The position numbers and the translations under genes are program-made. The notes beneath the pieces are model-generated. The model did no database searches and had not been told where the DNA came from. It saw only the letters and a list, made by a program, of their open reading frames with translations. Below are positions 9,874 through 19,776 of a stretch of DNA of 64,000 nucleotides, one piece after another (within the stretch, counting starts at the first letter, position 1; each line of letters opens with the position of its first letter). This DNA comes from Burkholderiaceae bacterium (GTDB lineage: Bacteria > Pseudomonadota > Gammaproteobacteria > Burkholderiales > Burkholderiaceae_B). The stretch is taken from assembly GCA_030728985.1 (NCBI GenBank), contig JANQYI010000013.1, forward strand, positions 43,648 to 107,647, given 5' to 3'.

Positions 9874-10848
9874 TTAATTCACTTTGATACCAGCGGTTTG
9901 AATCACCTTGCGCCATTTTTCAATTTCGACCTCCATCAGCTTTAGGTGATCACTGGGCAGACCACCCTTAACATCAAACCCTAGGCCAGCTACACGCACT
10001 TGTATCGCTGATTCGGCCAATGCTTTGTTCACAGCAGCACTTAACTGATTCACGATAGCAGCCGGCAAGTTAGCAGGTCCCAACAGTCCCCAATGGCTGC
10101 TTGCATCGACCCCCTTGAGTCCCGCTTCAGCAAACGTAGGTACATTGGGCATCGCGGGATGACGGCGCTCACCTGTCAGAGCCAGCGCACGCAGTCGACC
10201 CGCTGCTACAGGTTGCTTGGCAGAGCTGATCCCTGTAAATGTCATTGGGACCTGTCCCCCCATCACTGCGGCCATCGCCTCTCCTGTTCCTTTAAATGGT
10301 GCATGACCAATATTAATATTGGCAGCCATCTTAAATAACTCTCCAGCAAGATGTGTCGATGCGCCATTTCCACCCGACCCATAAAAAAGCTCACCTGGCT
10401 TAGCTTTGGCAAGCTTCACAAGCTCTGACAGGTTTTGCGCGGGTACGGATGGGTTAACAACCAAAATAACAGGACCGACCGCCAAATGACTGATCGGGGT
10501 GAAAGCCTTGAGTGTGTCGTATGGAAGGTTCGAGCGCAGCCCTGGATTAACTAAAATAGAAGAGTCAACCATTAATAAAGTGTAGCCATCGGCAGGCGCC
10601 TGCGCCACGATCTGGGAGCCAATAATGCTTGAAGCTCCAGGCTTGTTATCAATAACGATTGGTTGGCCCAATAGTTCTGAGAGCCTCGGTGCAAGCACTC
10701 GCGCCAAAATATCTGTTCCGCCCCCCGGTGCAAATGGCACGACTACACGTATCGGCTTCGTCGGCCAGCTTTGCGCAAAGGCTGAAAACCCAAAAAAGAC
10801 CATTCCGATTAAAAGCAAAGCTTTACTGAAAAAAATTCGATAGCTCAT
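9874..10848 (-). CDS. Bug/TctC-family tripartite tricarboxylate transporter substrate-binding protein
   Basis: Signal peptide; WPTKPIRVVVPFAPGGGTDILAR, NKPGA, PADGYTL, HAPFKGTG motifs. Confidence 0.93.
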   Translation of the reverse strand: MSYRIFFSKALLLIGMVFFGFSAFAQSWPTKPIRVVVPFAPGGGTDILARVLAPRLSELLGQPIVIDNKPGASSIIGSQIVAQAPADGYTLLMVDSSILVNPGLRSNLPYDTLKAFTPISHLAVGPVILVVNPSVPAQNLSELVKLAKAKPGELFYGSGGNGASTHLAGELFKMAANINIGHAPFKGTGEAMAAVMGGQVPMTFTGISSAKQPVAAGRLRALALTGERRHPAMPNVPTFAEAGLKGVDASSHWGLLGPANLPAAIVNQLSAAVNKALAESAIQVRVAGLGFDVKGGLPSDHLKLMEVEIEKWRKVIQTAGIKVN

Positions 10849-10893
10849 GTCATCGCTCCAAGATTATTTAATGACGATTAGTCCAATTTTTTG

Positions 10894-10914
10894 ATGTGTT
10901 TGATCAAAACACAT
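10894..10914. promoter_or_regulatory. Palindromic operator candidate in divergent intergenic region
   Basis: ATGTGTTT-GATCA-AAACACAT perfect 8-bp inverted repeat. Confidence 0.5.
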
Positions 10915-11048
10915 TTATTCTCTGTTGTCATTAGAGTTGTTATCTGTTAGTTTTTCTAAGCTACTACTTTACCAGTCAATTTGTCACATGTGTATGAGCA
11001 TGCTGTTTGAGGGTAAATCGATGCACATAATATTGTTGGAGTAGAAAA

Positions 11049-11942
11049 ATGATTACGCCGCAACTTGAGCCTTGGCAATGGGAAGAGCCCCATTGGAGGG
11101 GTATCGTTAATCGTGTCAGAGCAGGTCGCACATTACGACCTACGGTCTGGCCTAATGGTGCGCGCTGTGCTGTAGCGCTTTCTTTTGACTCCGACCACGA
11201 AACCAACGAATTAAGGGAGGGGGGAGAATCAATCGGCAAGCTTTCACAAGGCCAATATGGCAATCGTCAAGGCGTTCCTCGTATTGTAAAAATACTTCAA
11301 CGATACGATGTCAAAGCAAGTTTTTATGTTCCTGCCGTAACTGCATTACTCTATCCTGACGAACAACGTGACTTGGCTGAGCAAGGTCACGAAATCGGCA
11401 TTCATGGCTGGATACACGAACGTAATTCTGTTCTTCCATTTGAAGCTGAAAAAGACCTGATGCTACGCAGTTCAGATGTGCTTGAAAAAGTCAGTGGTTT
11501 TCGACCTGTCGGCATGCGGACACCTTCTTGGGACTTTAGTCCCAACACTCTTGCATTGACGCGTGATATGGGTCTAATTTACGACTCTTCGCTGATGGCT
11601 GATGTTGATTGCTATGAACTCTTGCTCGATGGGGCCGATACTGGTGTCATTGAGCTTCCCGTAGAATGGATTCGGGATGACGCGGTGTACTTTGGCATGA
11701 ACAGGTTTTCTGGCTTACGTCCTTACACGCCACCATCGGATGTATTCGATATTTTCAAGCGTGAATTTGACGTCGCCTACCAAGAAGGGGGCTTGTTTCA
11801 ACTCACAATGCATCCACATGTAATTGGTTATCGCTCACGTATTTGGATTCTTGAAGAACTCACGCGATACATGCGAAGCATGCCAGATGTCTGGTTTGCC
11901 ACACATGCCGAAATCGTCCGTTACGTTAAACAAGTCGGATAA
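11049..11942 (+). CDS. Polysaccharide deacetylase (CE4) family protein, PuuE/PgdA-like
   Basis: WPNGARCAVALSFDSD, HEIGIHGWIHE, GMRTPSW, YDSS, LTMHPHVIG motifs; no signal peptide. Confidence 0.88.
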   Translation: MITPQLEPWQWEEPHWRGIVNRVRAGRTLRPTVWPNGARCAVALSFDSDHETNELREGGESIGKLSQGQYGNRQGVPRIVKILQRYDVKASFYVPAVTALLYPDEQRDLAEQGHEIGIHGWIHERNSVLPFEAEKDLMLRSSDVLEKVSGFRPVGMRTPSWDFSPNTLALTRDMGLIYDSSLMADVDCYELLLDGADTGVIELPVEWIRDDAVYFGMNRFSGLRPYTPPSDVFDIFKREFDVAYQEGGLFQLTMHPHVIGYRSRIWILEELTRYMRSMPDVWFATHAEIVRYVKQVG

Positions 11943-11945
11943 ATC

Positions 11946-13520
11946 ATGCTTGAAAATTTTTCCAGCTCGCAAATTGTTCGTAAAACGGTTGTGGCCACCC
12001 AGGCAGGTGTTGTCGCTGCGCAGCACCGGCGAGCAGCTGAAGTCGGCGCCGCGGTCCTCGATGCAGGCGGTGATGCGGTCGATGCTGCGATTGCGACCTC
12101 GTTTGCGATCGGCGTTGTCGAGCCATGGATGAGTGGCCCTGCAGCGGGGGGCACCATGGTTTTATGGCGCGCCAAGGAAGGCAAAGCTTACGTCATTGAT
12201 TTTGGTTGTCGATCACCCCGCGAGCTCAATCCCGCTGATTACCCACTGAGCGGGGCAGGAAAATCTTCAGACTTGTTTCCTTGGCCCGCAGTCGTCGAAG
12301 ATCGTAATGTCATGGGCGCGACCGCTGTTGCGGTGCCAGGGGCGGTCGCCGGCATGGATCTCGCACACACCCACTTTGGGCGCATGCCCTGGAAAGAGCT
12401 CGTCACGCCTGCCGCCAAACTTGCCGATGAAGGCTTATTGGTTGACTGGTATACGACACTCGTGACTGCCGCCAATGCGCGCGTACTCAGCAAAGACCCT
12501 GACACGGCCAAGATGTTTCTTGATGAGGGTCACTGGCCCATCGCTGGCGAATGGACCTCGCTGACCGAAAAACGCCTTAATCAAAAAGTCTTCGCACAAA
12601 CACTGATGCAGATCGCCGAAGGCGGTGCCAACGCTTTTTATAAAGGCGACATCGCAACACAACTTGCAAAAGATGTGCGGGCTAAAGGCGGATGTCTCAG
12701 TGTGCAGGACTTGCACGACTATCAAGCATCGATCGTCGAACCACTCACGATCAACTACCGCGGCGGTCGGGTCTATGCAACGCCGGGGCTGACAGGCGGT
12801 CCAACGTTTGCTAAAGCCTTGGAAATACTTTCTCGTGAGTTATCGCCGACAAAAGGCAAACCCGATGCCGCGACCTACGCCGGCTTTGCTCGCGCGCTCG
12901 ATGCCGCGTTTAAACTGCGTTTTGAAAATATGGGTGACCACGAGTCACCGAAAGCGCCCGGCTCGACGACCCACTTTAGCGTGGTCGATCGTGAGGGCAA
13001 CATGTGTGCCGTGACACAAACCTTGCTCTCTATTTTCGGCTCGAGGGTTGTGTCCCCCTCCACAGGGATGTTGCTCAATAACGGCATCATGTGGTTTGAC
13101 CCCGAACCCGGCAAACCTAACTCCCTCGGCCCCAACAAACGATGCTTGGCAAATTACTCACCTGTCATTGGCGAGGATGCCCAAGGTCGCCGTTTTGCTA
13201 TAGGTGCGTCAGGGGGCCGAAAAATTCTTGGCGCCGTCATGCAGCTGAGCTCCTTCATGATGGATCACGGACTCGATCTCGAGGAGGCTTTTCACACTCC
13301 GCGTATCGATGTCAGTGGCAGCGGTAAAATCACCGCCGATCAAACGCTCCCTGCCGACGTGATCGCCGCACTCGAAAAAGAAATGCCTGTCATACAAACG
13401 CGTCGCAATACGTATCCCTATTCCTTTGCTTGCCCGGCTGGAGTGATGCGCGATGGCGACATGAATATGGGTTGCACGGAAATCATGTCACCCTATGGTG
13501 ATGCGATCGCAGGAGGCTAA
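11946..13520 (+). CDS. Gamma-glutamyltransferase-family Ntn hydrolase (cytoplasmic, non-canonical)
   Basis: GGDAVDAAIA, AVPG, STTHFSVVDREGN nucleophile, GASGG; no signal peptide. Confidence 0.88.
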   Translation: MLENFSSSQIVRKTVVATQAGVVAAQHRRAAEVGAAVLDAGGDAVDAAIATSFAIGVVEPWMSGPAAGGTMVLWRAKEGKAYVIDFGCRSPRELNPADYPLSGAGKSSDLFPWPAVVEDRNVMGATAVAVPGAVAGMDLAHTHFGRMPWKELVTPAAKLADEGLLVDWYTTLVTAANARVLSKDPDTAKMFLDEGHWPIAGEWTSLTEKRLNQKVFAQTLMQIAEGGANAFYKGDIATQLAKDVRAKGGCLSVQDLHDYQASIVEPLTINYRGGRVYATPGLTGGPTFAKALEILSRELSPTKGKPDAATYAGFARALDAAFKLRFENMGDHESPKAPGSTTHFSVVDREGNMCAVTQTLLSIFGSRVVSPSTGMLLNNGIMWFDPEPGKPNSLGPNKRCLANYSPVIGEDAQGRRFAIGASGGRKILGAVMQLSSFMMDHGLDLEEAFHTPRIDVSGSGKITADQTLPADVIAALEKEMPVIQTRRNTYPYSFACPAGVMRDGDMNMGCTEIMSPYGDAIAGG

Positions 13521-13523
13521 AAC

Positions 13524-14174
13524 GTGTATTTACCCAAACACTTTGAACAACAAGATCTTGAATCTTTAACGTCTTTACTCAAGGTCTATCCGCTCGGTGC
13601 GCTTGTGACACAACACGAGGGCGTACTCGAAGCCAACCACATCCCATTTTTGCTCGAGGGCTCACTTGCCGCAGGTGGCAAACTGATCGGTCATGTCGCC
13701 AAAGGAAACCCTGTGTGGAAGCACGACGTCGCCACGCAGGAGACTCTTGTGATTTTTCAAGGGCCTGAGTCGTACATCACACCGAACTGGTATCCCTCAA
13801 AGCAAGTCCACCATCAAGTCGTGCCCACCTACAACTACGCTGTTGTCCATGTGTATGGCCAACTCTCTGTCACACACGACGAGGCGGTCAAGCGAAGAAT
13901 CGTTGGGGACCTCACTGCCTCGATGGAAAAAATGCGCGACAGCACTTGGCAGGTCTCTGATGCACCCGCGGAATACATTGAAAAAATGCTGAGTGCGATC
14001 GTGGGGATCGAGCTCACGATCACGCGCATTCAGGCCAAATGGAAAGTGAGTCAAAATCGCGATGCTGCGGATCGCGAGGGCGTGGCGCGTGGCTTGAGCG
14101 GACCAGGTTCACCAGAAAGAGACCACCGGATGCGTGGAGTCGTCCTGAGCGGCAAAGGCATTGGCTTGGACTAA
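13524..14174 (+). CDS. PaiB-family FMN-binding protein
   Basis: MYLPKHF, GHVAKGNP, YITPNWY, VPTYNY, KWKVSQN motifs. Confidence 0.88.
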   Translation: MYLPKHFEQQDLESLTSLLKVYPLGALVTQHEGVLEANHIPFLLEGSLAAGGKLIGHVAKGNPVWKHDVATQETLVIFQGPESYITPNWYPSKQVHHQVVPTYNYAVVHVYGQLSVTHDEAVKRRIVGDLTASMEKMRDSTWQVSDAPAEYIEKMLSAIVGIELTITRIQAKWKVSQNRDAADREGVARGLSGPGSPERDHRMRGVVLSGKGIGLD

Positions 14175-14198
14175 CAAGCACCGCTTGATGAGGGAAAT

Positions 14199-14543
14199 TT
14201 AGCGACCAGGCTGTTTTGTGCAATCTACCGTCGCATGGATCAACCGTTTATTGTCGTTATTTTTCTCTGGAAACTCTGTCGAGACCACGCGACAACCGGT
14301 CACCTTTTCAATCGCTTCGATTTGTCGGGCTTTTTGCTTGTCATAGTCCGTGCCAAAGAGTCCGCCTTGCGTGCCACCAAAAGCCTCCCACTTGTCTTGT
14401 CCCAGAGGAATGATGCTGATCTCTCGCTCGTCGAGTACGACAATCTGACGGGCAGGATCACGATGGTAGTACACCGCACTTCCCTGACAGCCAGCGAGCG
14501 TCCCGACAACAACGACGAGGGCGACAAAAGGCAACATTTTCAT
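14199..14543 (-). CDS. Hypothetical lipoprotein
   Basis: MK + hydrophobic stretch + LAGC lipobox; two further Cys. Confidence 0.65.
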   Translation of the reverse strand: MKMLPFVALVVVVGTLAGCQGSAVYYHRDPARQIVVLDEREISIIPLGQDKWEAFGGTQGGLFGTDYDKQKARQIEAIEKVTGCRVVSTEFPEKNNDNKRLIHATVDCTKQPGR

Positions 14544-14628
14544 CTATATTCTCTAGTATTCGCGCAAACAAACATGACGTTTCCAAGCATAACGCTATTT
14601 TTAATCGAAAACTTTAGAGGCACAGTCC

Positions 14629-15417
14629 ATGTCAAAAGAAGGCGTACTTCAGATTCCCTCTCTCCAAGGCAAGGTCTCAGAGGCAGAGTGGCAAACCCGC
14701 GTTGATCTAGCCGCCTGTTACCGATTAGTTGAAATGTACGGTATGGCGGATATGATCGCCAACCACATCTCCGCGCGCGTGCCTGGCGAAGAGGGCACTT
14801 ACCTCATTAATGCCTACGGCTTGATGTATGAGGAAATCACCGCTTCCAGCCTTCTGAAGGTTGATCATCAAGGCAATATCCTCACCCAACCCGATTTTGG
14901 TGGACTGAATTACGGTATCAATAAAGCAGGTGCTGTGATTCATAGCGCCGTGCACCATGCACGCCCGGAGGTTGGATGCGTCATCCACACGCACAGTTGG
15001 GCCTCGATGGCCGTCTCCTCTCTTGAGTGCGGACTGTTGCCCTTGACGCAGACCGCGATGCGTTTTCTGAAAATCAGTTATCACGACTATCAAGGTGTCG
15101 TACTCGATGAAGCCGAACAAGAGTCTTTATGCAAAGACCTGGGCAATAGCGAAGCCATGATTTTGCGTAACCACGGCGCCTTGACCGTCGGACGTACGAT
15201 TGGCGAAGCATTCAACTGGATGCACCGCCTTGAGCTTTCTTGTCGAGCCCAAATCGGTGCGATGTCCTGCAACTCCCCAATGTCCAAGGTCTCCCAAAAA
15301 GTACTGGATGAAACGTGGAACAACTATCAGCCCGGCACGCGTCGTCCCTATGGCGTGATGGAATGGCCCGCGTTGCTGCGCAAGCTTGATCGTACCGACA
15401 CCTCCTATCGCAACTAA
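14629..15417 (+). CDS. Class II aldolase/adducin family protein
   Basis: RVDLAACYRL, NHISARVP, HTHS, LRNHG motifs. Confidence 0.9.
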   Translation: MSKEGVLQIPSLQGKVSEAEWQTRVDLAACYRLVEMYGMADMIANHISARVPGEEGTYLINAYGLMYEEITASSLLKVDHQGNILTQPDFGGLNYGINKAGAVIHSAVHHARPEVGCVIHTHSWASMAVSSLECGLLPLTQTAMRFLKISYHDYQGVVLDEAEQESLCKDLGNSEAMILRNHGALTVGRTIGEAFNWMHRLELSCRAQIGAMSCNSPMSKVSQKVLDETWNNYQPGTRRPYGVMEWPALLRKLDRTDTSYRN

Positions 15418-15431
15418 GCAAGGTCATCTCC

Positions 15432-16445
15432 GTGTCCATTAAAAAGCTCAATCATCCTCCGCGCATCCTGCTCTCAGACAAAATCGCCGAGGAGCTTGCC
15501 CCTAAGCTCACCGCGATTTTAGGCACCGGTGGATACGTTCGCGTGACCGCCCAGCAAATGCACGATGGCACTGCGGACGCCGATTTTTGTTTTGTTTCGC
15601 GCGACATCACTTCCGCCTCAACTAAACATCACATTATTCCCTCGACACAATATGTCTACGATGCGCTCATGGGCTCTAAGGCACTCAAGTGGGTGCACAT
15701 TCACTCGGCGGGCGTGGATCGACAAATTTTTCTAGACCTGATGGCTAAAGGCATCACCGTGACGAGCTCCTCCGGAGCGAGTGCGGGGATCGTCGCTCAA
15801 ACCGCGCTTACTGGTCTGATGTCACTCGCACGCCGCTTTCCTCAGCTTGCCGCCGCACAACGCGCGCACGCTTGGGAGCCTTTTTTTAAAGTTGGGCTGC
15901 CACCAGAGCTAGAAGGTCAAACCGCCACCATCGTGGGCTGGGGGCCGATTGGTCAAAAACTAGCAGGGTGGCTCAAAGCGATTGGCCTGAACATGATCGT
16001 TGTACGTCAGTTCGCTTCTTCGACAATCCCAGGCACACGCGTGGTGTCGTTTGATCAGTTCAACAGCATTCTTCCGGAAACTGACTGGTTAGTGTTGGCC
16101 TGCCCACTGACGGCTCAAACGACCAATCTCGTGAGCGCCAACGCGCTTAGTCTGATGAAACACTCTGCGCACATCGTCAACATCTCACGTGGCGCCGTCA
16201 TCGACGAACCCGCGATGATTGATGCGCTTAAAAATGACCGCTTGGCCGGTGCTTACTTGGACGTATTTGCCCAAGAACCCTTACCCACCGACTCACCGCT
16301 GTGGGATCTGCCTAACGTCATCGCGACCCCACATACGGCGGGGTTTTCAGACGCGATTCTTCAGCGGATGGCTGAAAAATTCCTTGAAAATCTTGGGCAC
16401 TATGCCCGGGGCGAGCCATTTATCAATGTCGCGCGTTTGAGCTAA
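15432..16445 (+). CDS. D-2-hydroxyacid dehydrogenase
   Basis: IVGWGPIG, NISRG, LDVFAQEPL, TPHTAG motifs. Confidence 0.9.
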   Translation: MSIKKLNHPPRILLSDKIAEELAPKLTAILGTGGYVRVTAQQMHDGTADADFCFVSRDITSASTKHHIIPSTQYVYDALMGSKALKWVHIHSAGVDRQIFLDLMAKGITVTSSSGASAGIVAQTALTGLMSLARRFPQLAAAQRAHAWEPFFKVGLPPELEGQTATIVGWGPIGQKLAGWLKAIGLNMIVVRQFASSTIPGTRVVSFDQFNSILPETDWLVLACPLTAQTTNLVSANALSLMKHSAHIVNISRGAVIDEPAMIDALKNDRLAGAYLDVFAQEPLPTDSPLWDLPNVIATPHTAGFSDAILQRMAEKFLENLGHYARGEPFINVARLS

Positions 16446-16637
16446 TCATTCGTTTGACGTCTATTTTTAATCAGGCTTAGCGTACAATACGTCTACGGCA
16501 CAACGTTCCAGTCCTCGTGCCTCGCTAAGCCCCAACTCTGTGGGCGCTCGCCTCCAAGGCGTTTTTACTCCCTGTTCGTCTGCCCCGATTGGAGTCCACA
16601 TTTGTTTGTGGACCGGCATGACGATGGAGCTGTTCTC

Positions 16638-18095
16638 TTGTCTACTACGATTACCTTCGCTGACCTCGGGTTGGCCGATCCTCTTATGCGTGCGATTGCC
16701 GATGCCGGCTATACCGTACCCACCCCTATTCAGGCACAAGCCATTCCCCGCGTTCTCGCGGGCGGCGATTTGCTGGCTGCCGCACAAACCGGTACGGGTA
16801 AAACCGCTGGCTTTACCTTGCCCATTCTGCACATGCTGCTTGGCAAGCCCCTTGAGCTGCGCAAGCCCGGCCGACCACGTGTCCTAATTCTCACACCGAC
16901 CCGCGAATTAACCGCACAGGTCGAAGAGTCCGTCAAAACTTACGGTGTCCATACCAAAATCTCCTCCATGGTGATTTTTGGTGGTGTCAACATCAACCCC
17001 CAGACCTCCGCACTGCGCAAGCCTATCGATATCCTAGTCGCGACGCCTGGTCGCCTTCTGGATCATTGCCAGCAGCGCAACGTTGATTTGTCCGGGGTTG
17101 AAATCCTGGTTCTCGACGAAGCCGATCGTATGCTCGATATGGGTTTTATCCGCGACATTCGCAAAATCCTTGCCTTGTTACCTCGTCAACGACAAAACCT
17201 TCTATTCTCAGCCACCTTCTCGGACGAAATCCGCGAACTCTCAAAAGGCGTCCTGAACAACGCCTCCGAGGTGTCCGTTGCTGCGCGCAACACCACCGCC
17301 GAGCGCGTGGAGCAAACCGTGCACATGGTGGAACAAGCCCACAAGCGCGACATCCTGAGCCACATCATCCGTGAGAGTGGTTGGCATCAGGTTCTAGTTT
17401 TTACGCGTACCAAGCACGGTGCGAACCGCCTCGCTGAAAAGCTTGTCAAAGACGGCTTGTCCGCCTCGGCCATTCATGGCAACAAAAGCCAGGCCGCACG
17501 TACCCGGGCTTTAGATGACTTCAAAAAGGGCAAAGTTGCCGTTCTGGTTGCGACAGACATCGCGGCACGCGGTCTGGATATCGACCAGTTGCCTCAAGTG
17601 GTCAACTTCGAATTGCCCAACGTACCCGAAGACTACGTGCATCGCATTGGTCGTACGGGTCGTGCAGGTGCCGCCGGCTCTGCCGTCTCCTTGGTGGATT
17701 CGAGCGAAATCAAGTACCTCAAAGCCATCGAACGCATCATTAAAAAGCAGATTCCACAGCTACCCGCCCCGACAGGCTGGACCGCGTCGCCTGCCTCCCC
17801 CCATAGTGCCGACGATGATGCACGCGCCGAGGGTCGTCGCGACGGTCCGCGCCGCCCCCCACAGCGTTCCTCACGTCCGGCGAGTTCGACAGGCTCTGGC
17901 GCGCCACGCCCAGCGCGTTCGGGTCAAGGTGCCGGACAGGCTCCACGTCGAGAAGGACAGAGCAGCGGTCGAAGCGCGCCCACAGGTCACGCCCCCGCTC
18001 GCACTGGCGCGGGTGGTCCTGTTCGAAGCGGCTCTGGTCCAAACAGCCCAAGTCCGGCCAACCGCTCCCGCCGTCCCGCTCTCTTTAACAAGTAA
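16638..18095 (+). CDS. rhlE: DEAD-box RNA helicase RhlE
   Basis: Q motif [36 protein letters not shown]; Arg/Gly/Pro-rich tail; TTG start at 16638 after GGAG. Confidence 0.9.
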   Translation: MSTTITFADLGLADPLMRAIADAGYTVPTPIQAQAIPRVLAGGDLLAAAQTGTGKTAGFTLPILHMLLGKPLELRKPGRPRVLILTPTRELTAQVEESVKTYGVHTKISSMVIFGGVNINPQTSALRKPIDILVATPGRLLDHCQQRNVDLSGVEILVLDEADRMLDMGFIRDIRKILALLPRQRQNLLFSATFSDEIRELSKGVLNNASEVSVAARNTTAERVEQTVHMVEQAHKRDILSHIIRESGWHQVLVFTRTKHGANRLAEKLVKDGLSASAIHGNKSQAARTRALDDFKKGKVAVLVATDIAARGLDIDQLPQVVNFELPNVPEDYVHRIGRTGRAGAAGSAVSLVDSSEIKYLKAIERIIKKQIPQLPAPTGWTASPASPHSADDDARAEGRRDGPRRPPQRSSRPASSTGSGAPRPARSGQGAGQAPRREGQSSGRSAPTGHAPARTGAGGPVRSGSGPNSPSPANRSRRPALFNK

Positions 18096-18105
18096 TTTGC
18101 CCGAA

Positions 18106-18130
18106 TACAGGCTGACTCGTTCAGCCTGTA
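18106..18130. other. Perfect 10-bp-stem hairpin between rhlE and prfC
   Basis: TACAGGCTGA-CTCGT-TCAGCCTGTA; no U-tract on + strand. Confidence 0.6.
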
Positions 18131-18142
18131 AAATTCGCCATC

Positions 18143-19753
18143 ATGAGTATTCAAGCTGAAGTTGCGCGACGCAGAACGTTCGCCATTATTTCCCACCCTG
18201 ACGCCGGTAAAACGACACTCACCGAAAAGCTATTGCTTTTCGCGGGTGCGATTCAAATCGCCGGCAGCGTCAAGGCACGCAAGGCTTCGCGCCATGCATC
18301 TTCAGACTGGATGGAAATCGAAAAACAACGTGGTATTTCAGTTGCCTCTTCCGTGATGCAAATGGAATACCGCGATTGCGTCATCAATTTGCTCGACACG
18401 CCCGGACACCAGGACTTCTCCGAAGACACCTACCGGGTGCTCACCGCCGTCGATGCCGCACTCATGGTGATCGATGCCGCAAACGGTGTCGAACCACAAA
18501 CGATCCGCCTGCTTCAAGTCTGTCGAGCACGCAATACCCCCATCATCACCTTCATCAACAAGATGGACCGAGAGGTTCGCGATCCGCTTGAGTTGCTGTC
18601 CGAAATCGAGCAGCACATCGGTATGGATGCCGTGCCCTTTTCTTGGCCTGTTGGTATGGGCAAAGCCTTCGGCGGGGTGTTCGATATTCAGCGCAACCGG
18701 ATGCGACTTTTTCGACCCGGTCAAGAGCGTCGCAATGACAGCGCCGATGACTTTATTGACGGTCTAGACAATCCTGAAATCGCCCAGCGCTTTGGCTCCG
18801 CCTTTGAGCAGGCCAAAAGCGAAATCGAGCTCATCCAAGCCGCCGCACCCGCTTTTGATCATGCCGCTTTTTTAGCGGGGAAACAAACCCCTGTCTTTTT
18901 CGGCTCCGCTATCAATAATTTTGGCGTTCAAGAAGTCTTGGATGCCTTGGTTGATCAGGCTCCACCTCCCGGCTCACGTCAAGCGCTTGAGCGTGTCGTG
19001 CACCCCGAAGAGCCCAAATTTACAGGCGTCGTGTTCAAAGTCCAGGCAAACATGGACCCCGCGCACCGCGACCGTGTTGCCTTTGTGCGCGTGAGTTCGG
19101 GTAAATTTGAACGCGGTATGCGCCTCAAGGTCTCTCGCAACAGCAAAGAAATTCGTCCCAATAACGTTGTTTCTTTTTTGTCACAACGCCGCGAACTTGT
19201 CGATGAAGCCTATGCAGGGGATGTCATTGGGATCCCCAACCACGGCATTCTCCACTTAGGTGACGTCTTGACCGAAGGCGAGGCCCTACATTTCACAGGT
19301 CTGCCGTTTTTTGCTCCTGAGCTTTTCCAGGCCGTTGAAACCAAAGACCCTCTGCGCATCAAACAACTCCGGACTGGTCTACTGCAGCTTGGCGAAGAGG
19401 GCGCGATTCAGGTCTTTAAACCTATCGCCGCGGGTGGAGCGATGCTGCTCGGCGCAGTGGGTCAACTCCAATTCGAGGTCGTGGCTCACCGGCTCCAAGC
19501 CGAATATGGGGCCGAGGCTAGGCTCATGCCTTCTCGCTACAACATGGCTCGCTGGATTACTGCCGAAGACCCAAAAGAACTCCGCAAATTCATCGATGCG
19601 AACGCCTCCCATATCGCCTATGATGTGGTCGAAGCACCGGCGTTCCTAGTCTCGTCGACGGCGCAACTTCGGGTCGCCGAAGAGCGCCATCCGGCGATTC
19701 GTTTTCATGCAATGCGTGAGCACGGTGGCCAAGTGTTCTCTGACAAAGTCTGA
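18143..19753 (+). CDS. prfC: Peptide chain release factor 3
   Basis: RRRTFAIISHPDAGKTTLTEK, SDWMEIEKQRGISV, DTPGHQDFSEDTYR, NKMD. Confidence 0.97.
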   Translation: MSIQAEVARRRTFAIISHPDAGKTTLTEKLLLFAGAIQIAGSVKARKASRHASSDWMEIEKQRGISVASSVMQMEYRDCVINLLDTPGHQDFSEDTYRVLTAVDAALMVIDAANGVEPQTIRLLQVCRARNTPIITFINKMDREVRDPLELLSEIEQHIGMDAVPFSWPVGMGKAFGGVFDIQRNRMRLFRPGQERRNDSADDFIDGLDNPEIAQRFGSAFEQAKSEIELIQAAAPAFDHAAFLAGKQTPVFFGSAINNFGVQEVLDALVDQAPPPGSRQALERVVHPEEPKFTGVVFKVQANMDPAHRDRVAFVRVSSGKFERGMRLKVSRNSKEIRPNNVVSFLSQRRELVDEAYAGDVIGIPNHGILHLGDVLTEGEALHFTGLPFFAPELFQAVETKDPLRIKQLRTGLLQLGEEGAIQVFKPIAAGGAMLLGAVGQLQFEVVAHRLQAEYGAEARLMPSRYNMARWITAEDPKELRKFIDANASHIAYDVVEAPAFLVSSTAQLRVAEERHPAIRFHAMREHGGQVFSDKV

Positions 19754-19776
19754 CTTCACGCAACCCATAGATCCTT

